Source of the DNA: an uncultured Methanosarcinales archaeon
GTDB lineage: Archaea > Nanobdellota > Nanobdellia > Woesearchaeales > ARS49
Length of the DNA stretch: 61,498 nucleotides
Reading direction: 5' to 3'
NCBI GenBank assembly: GCA_964360565.1
Contig: CAYHXI010000001.1
Span: 1 to 61,498 of the forward strand
Part shown: positions 61,470 through 61,498 of the stretch, piece by piece
How the letters are laid out: each line of letters opens with the position of its first letter
How positions within the stretch are numbered: position 1 is the first letter of the stretch
Translations under genes and position numbers: made by a program
The notes under the pieces: model-generated
What the model was told of the DNA's origin: nothing
The model's input: only the letters and a program-made list of their open reading frames with translations
The model's database searches: none

Positions 61470-61498
61470 CAATTAGCGAATTCCACCTAATTGGTTTA

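Noticed and set aside
61383-61490. 35-codon ORF (MSRTTSQRLVACERQSAS...) at the right edge
   Set aside because: It coincides with nested GC-rich stems and uses G/C-ending codons atypical for this genome. A structured element is the better explanation, though the ORF cannot be excluded.
1-61498. CRISPR arrays, tRNA, rRNA, transposases, integrases or prophage genes
   Set aside because: I saw no regularly spaced direct repeats, no cloverleaf-compatible GC-rich segments and no recombinase-like ORFs. The repeats present are palindromic singletons, not arrays.

Overview
Visibly AT-rich, densely coded window that looks archaeal, probably from a small-genome DPANN-type organism. The grounds are TATA-like boxes about 20-27 nt upstream of the start codons of first genes, a NOG1-type GTPase, a Ski2-like helicase and an AglH-type GlcNAc-1-P transferase. 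The left end (1-9.5 kb) holds two unknown coupled ORFs and a nrdR-nrdJ-cobO operon (NrdR repressor, class II AdoCbl ribonucleotide reductase, corrinoid adenosyltransferase). It also holds two small toxin-antitoxin-like pairs and a membrane-anchored HtrA-like protease operon carrying two paralogous secreted proteins. From about 9.5 kb to the right edge runs a roughly 50 kb surface-glycan / lipid-linked-sugar island. By my count it contains 13 GT2/GT4/GT9 glycosyltransferase genes (one a GT2-GT4 fusion), at least 5 large GT-C-like polytopic membrane proteins, 2 Wzx-like flippases and an O-antigen-ligase-like protein. It also encodes a carbamoyltransferase, 5 methyltransferases, a GDP-mannose-dehydratase-based amino-deoxysugar tailoring set, four B12-binding radical SAM enzymes and one SPASM radical SAM enzyme. 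The strongest candidate for something undescribed is a duplicated four-gene cassette (GT-C transferase + polyprenyl-phosphate-type GT2 + SDR + B12-radical SAM), backed by a second radical-SAM cluster. Non-coding structure the genes do not explain includes a GT/AC-word palindromic repeat family (3 copies, one forming the C-terminal tail of NrdR). There is also a hairpin family sharing exact 12-mers, a 205-bp triple-nested inverted repeat between convergent genes, and a GC-rich structured element at the right edge. I found no CRISPR array, tRNA, rRNA, transposase or integrase. All family calls rest on motifs read by eye from the translations; no searches were run.
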